From an uncultured Flavobacteriales bacterium (GTDB lineage: Bacteria; Bacteroidota; Bacteroidia; Flavobacteriales_D; Sanyastnellaceae): DNA of 64,000 nucleotides. The notes beneath the pieces were generated by a model, which worked only from the letters and a program-made list of their open reading frames with translations, did not search any database and was not told where the DNA came from. A program made the position numbers and the translations under genes. The DNA lies in the NCBI GenBank assembly GCA_905478325.1, contig CAJQIB010000010.1, positions 3,773 to 67,772 of the forward strand, written 5' to 3'. Below, in pieces: positions 63,844 to 64,000 of the stretch (its first letter is position 1; each line of letters begins with the position of its first letter).

Positions 63844-64000
63844 GATGCGCGTTTGACTTGGGTCCGGTCACCAACACTCACTAAACCACGGCCCGCTGTT
63901 ATGAACTGCGTGGTGGCATCGATACCGGCACCCTGAATAGCCAATCGGGTTTTGTCTTCCGCTATGACTTTCAAAGCAATCTCCTTGACAACACCGTCTA
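63840..64000 (-). CDS. C-terminus of a probable RND periplasmic adaptor (partial)
   Basis: Hand translation ...DGVVKEIALKVIAEDKTRLAIQGAGIDATTQFITAGRGLVSVGDRTQVKRAS*; ATGA overlap with the TolC gene. Confidence 0.6.
   Translation of the reverse strand, partial: DGVVKEIALKVIAEDKTRLAIQGAGIDATTQFITAGRGLVSVGDRTQVKRAS

Overview
Almost entirely core genome of a Bacteroidota bacterium, most likely Flavobacteriales. This is inferred from T9SS C-terminal domains, TAnnTTTG promoters, rplQ-carA-eno synteny and the lack of tuf after fusA. The centre (20.6-38.5 kb, minus strand) is the complete str/S10/spc/alpha ribosomal protein supercluster, including rpmJ and rpmD, which the ORF track missed. Flanks carry envelope genes (lpxK, lpxH, hldD, murA, PorE-like), housekeeping genes (lipA, eno, carA, pcrA, alaS, folE, grpE-dnaJ, rlmB, rmuC), two T9SS cargo proteins, a tRNA-Gly(GCC) and the end of an RND/TolC efflux operon. 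I saw no CRISPR array, integrase, transposase, prophage or defence system, and I cannot support a claim of a wholly new multi-gene system. The best leads are small. (1) An unannotated 38-aa Cys-rich lipoprotein at 11956-12072. (2) About ten genes whose -7 promoter box lies exactly 4 nt before the start codon, predicting leaderless mRNAs. (3) A sigma54-like promoter plus palindrome heading grpE-dnaJ, with an HTH-less sigma54 activator further along the same gene string. (4) A T9SS-secreted deiminase and a T9SS beta-propeller with a Cys-bracketed, sequon-rich insert. (5) Structured leaders before eno and murA. All family calls come from motif recognition by eye; no database search was run.
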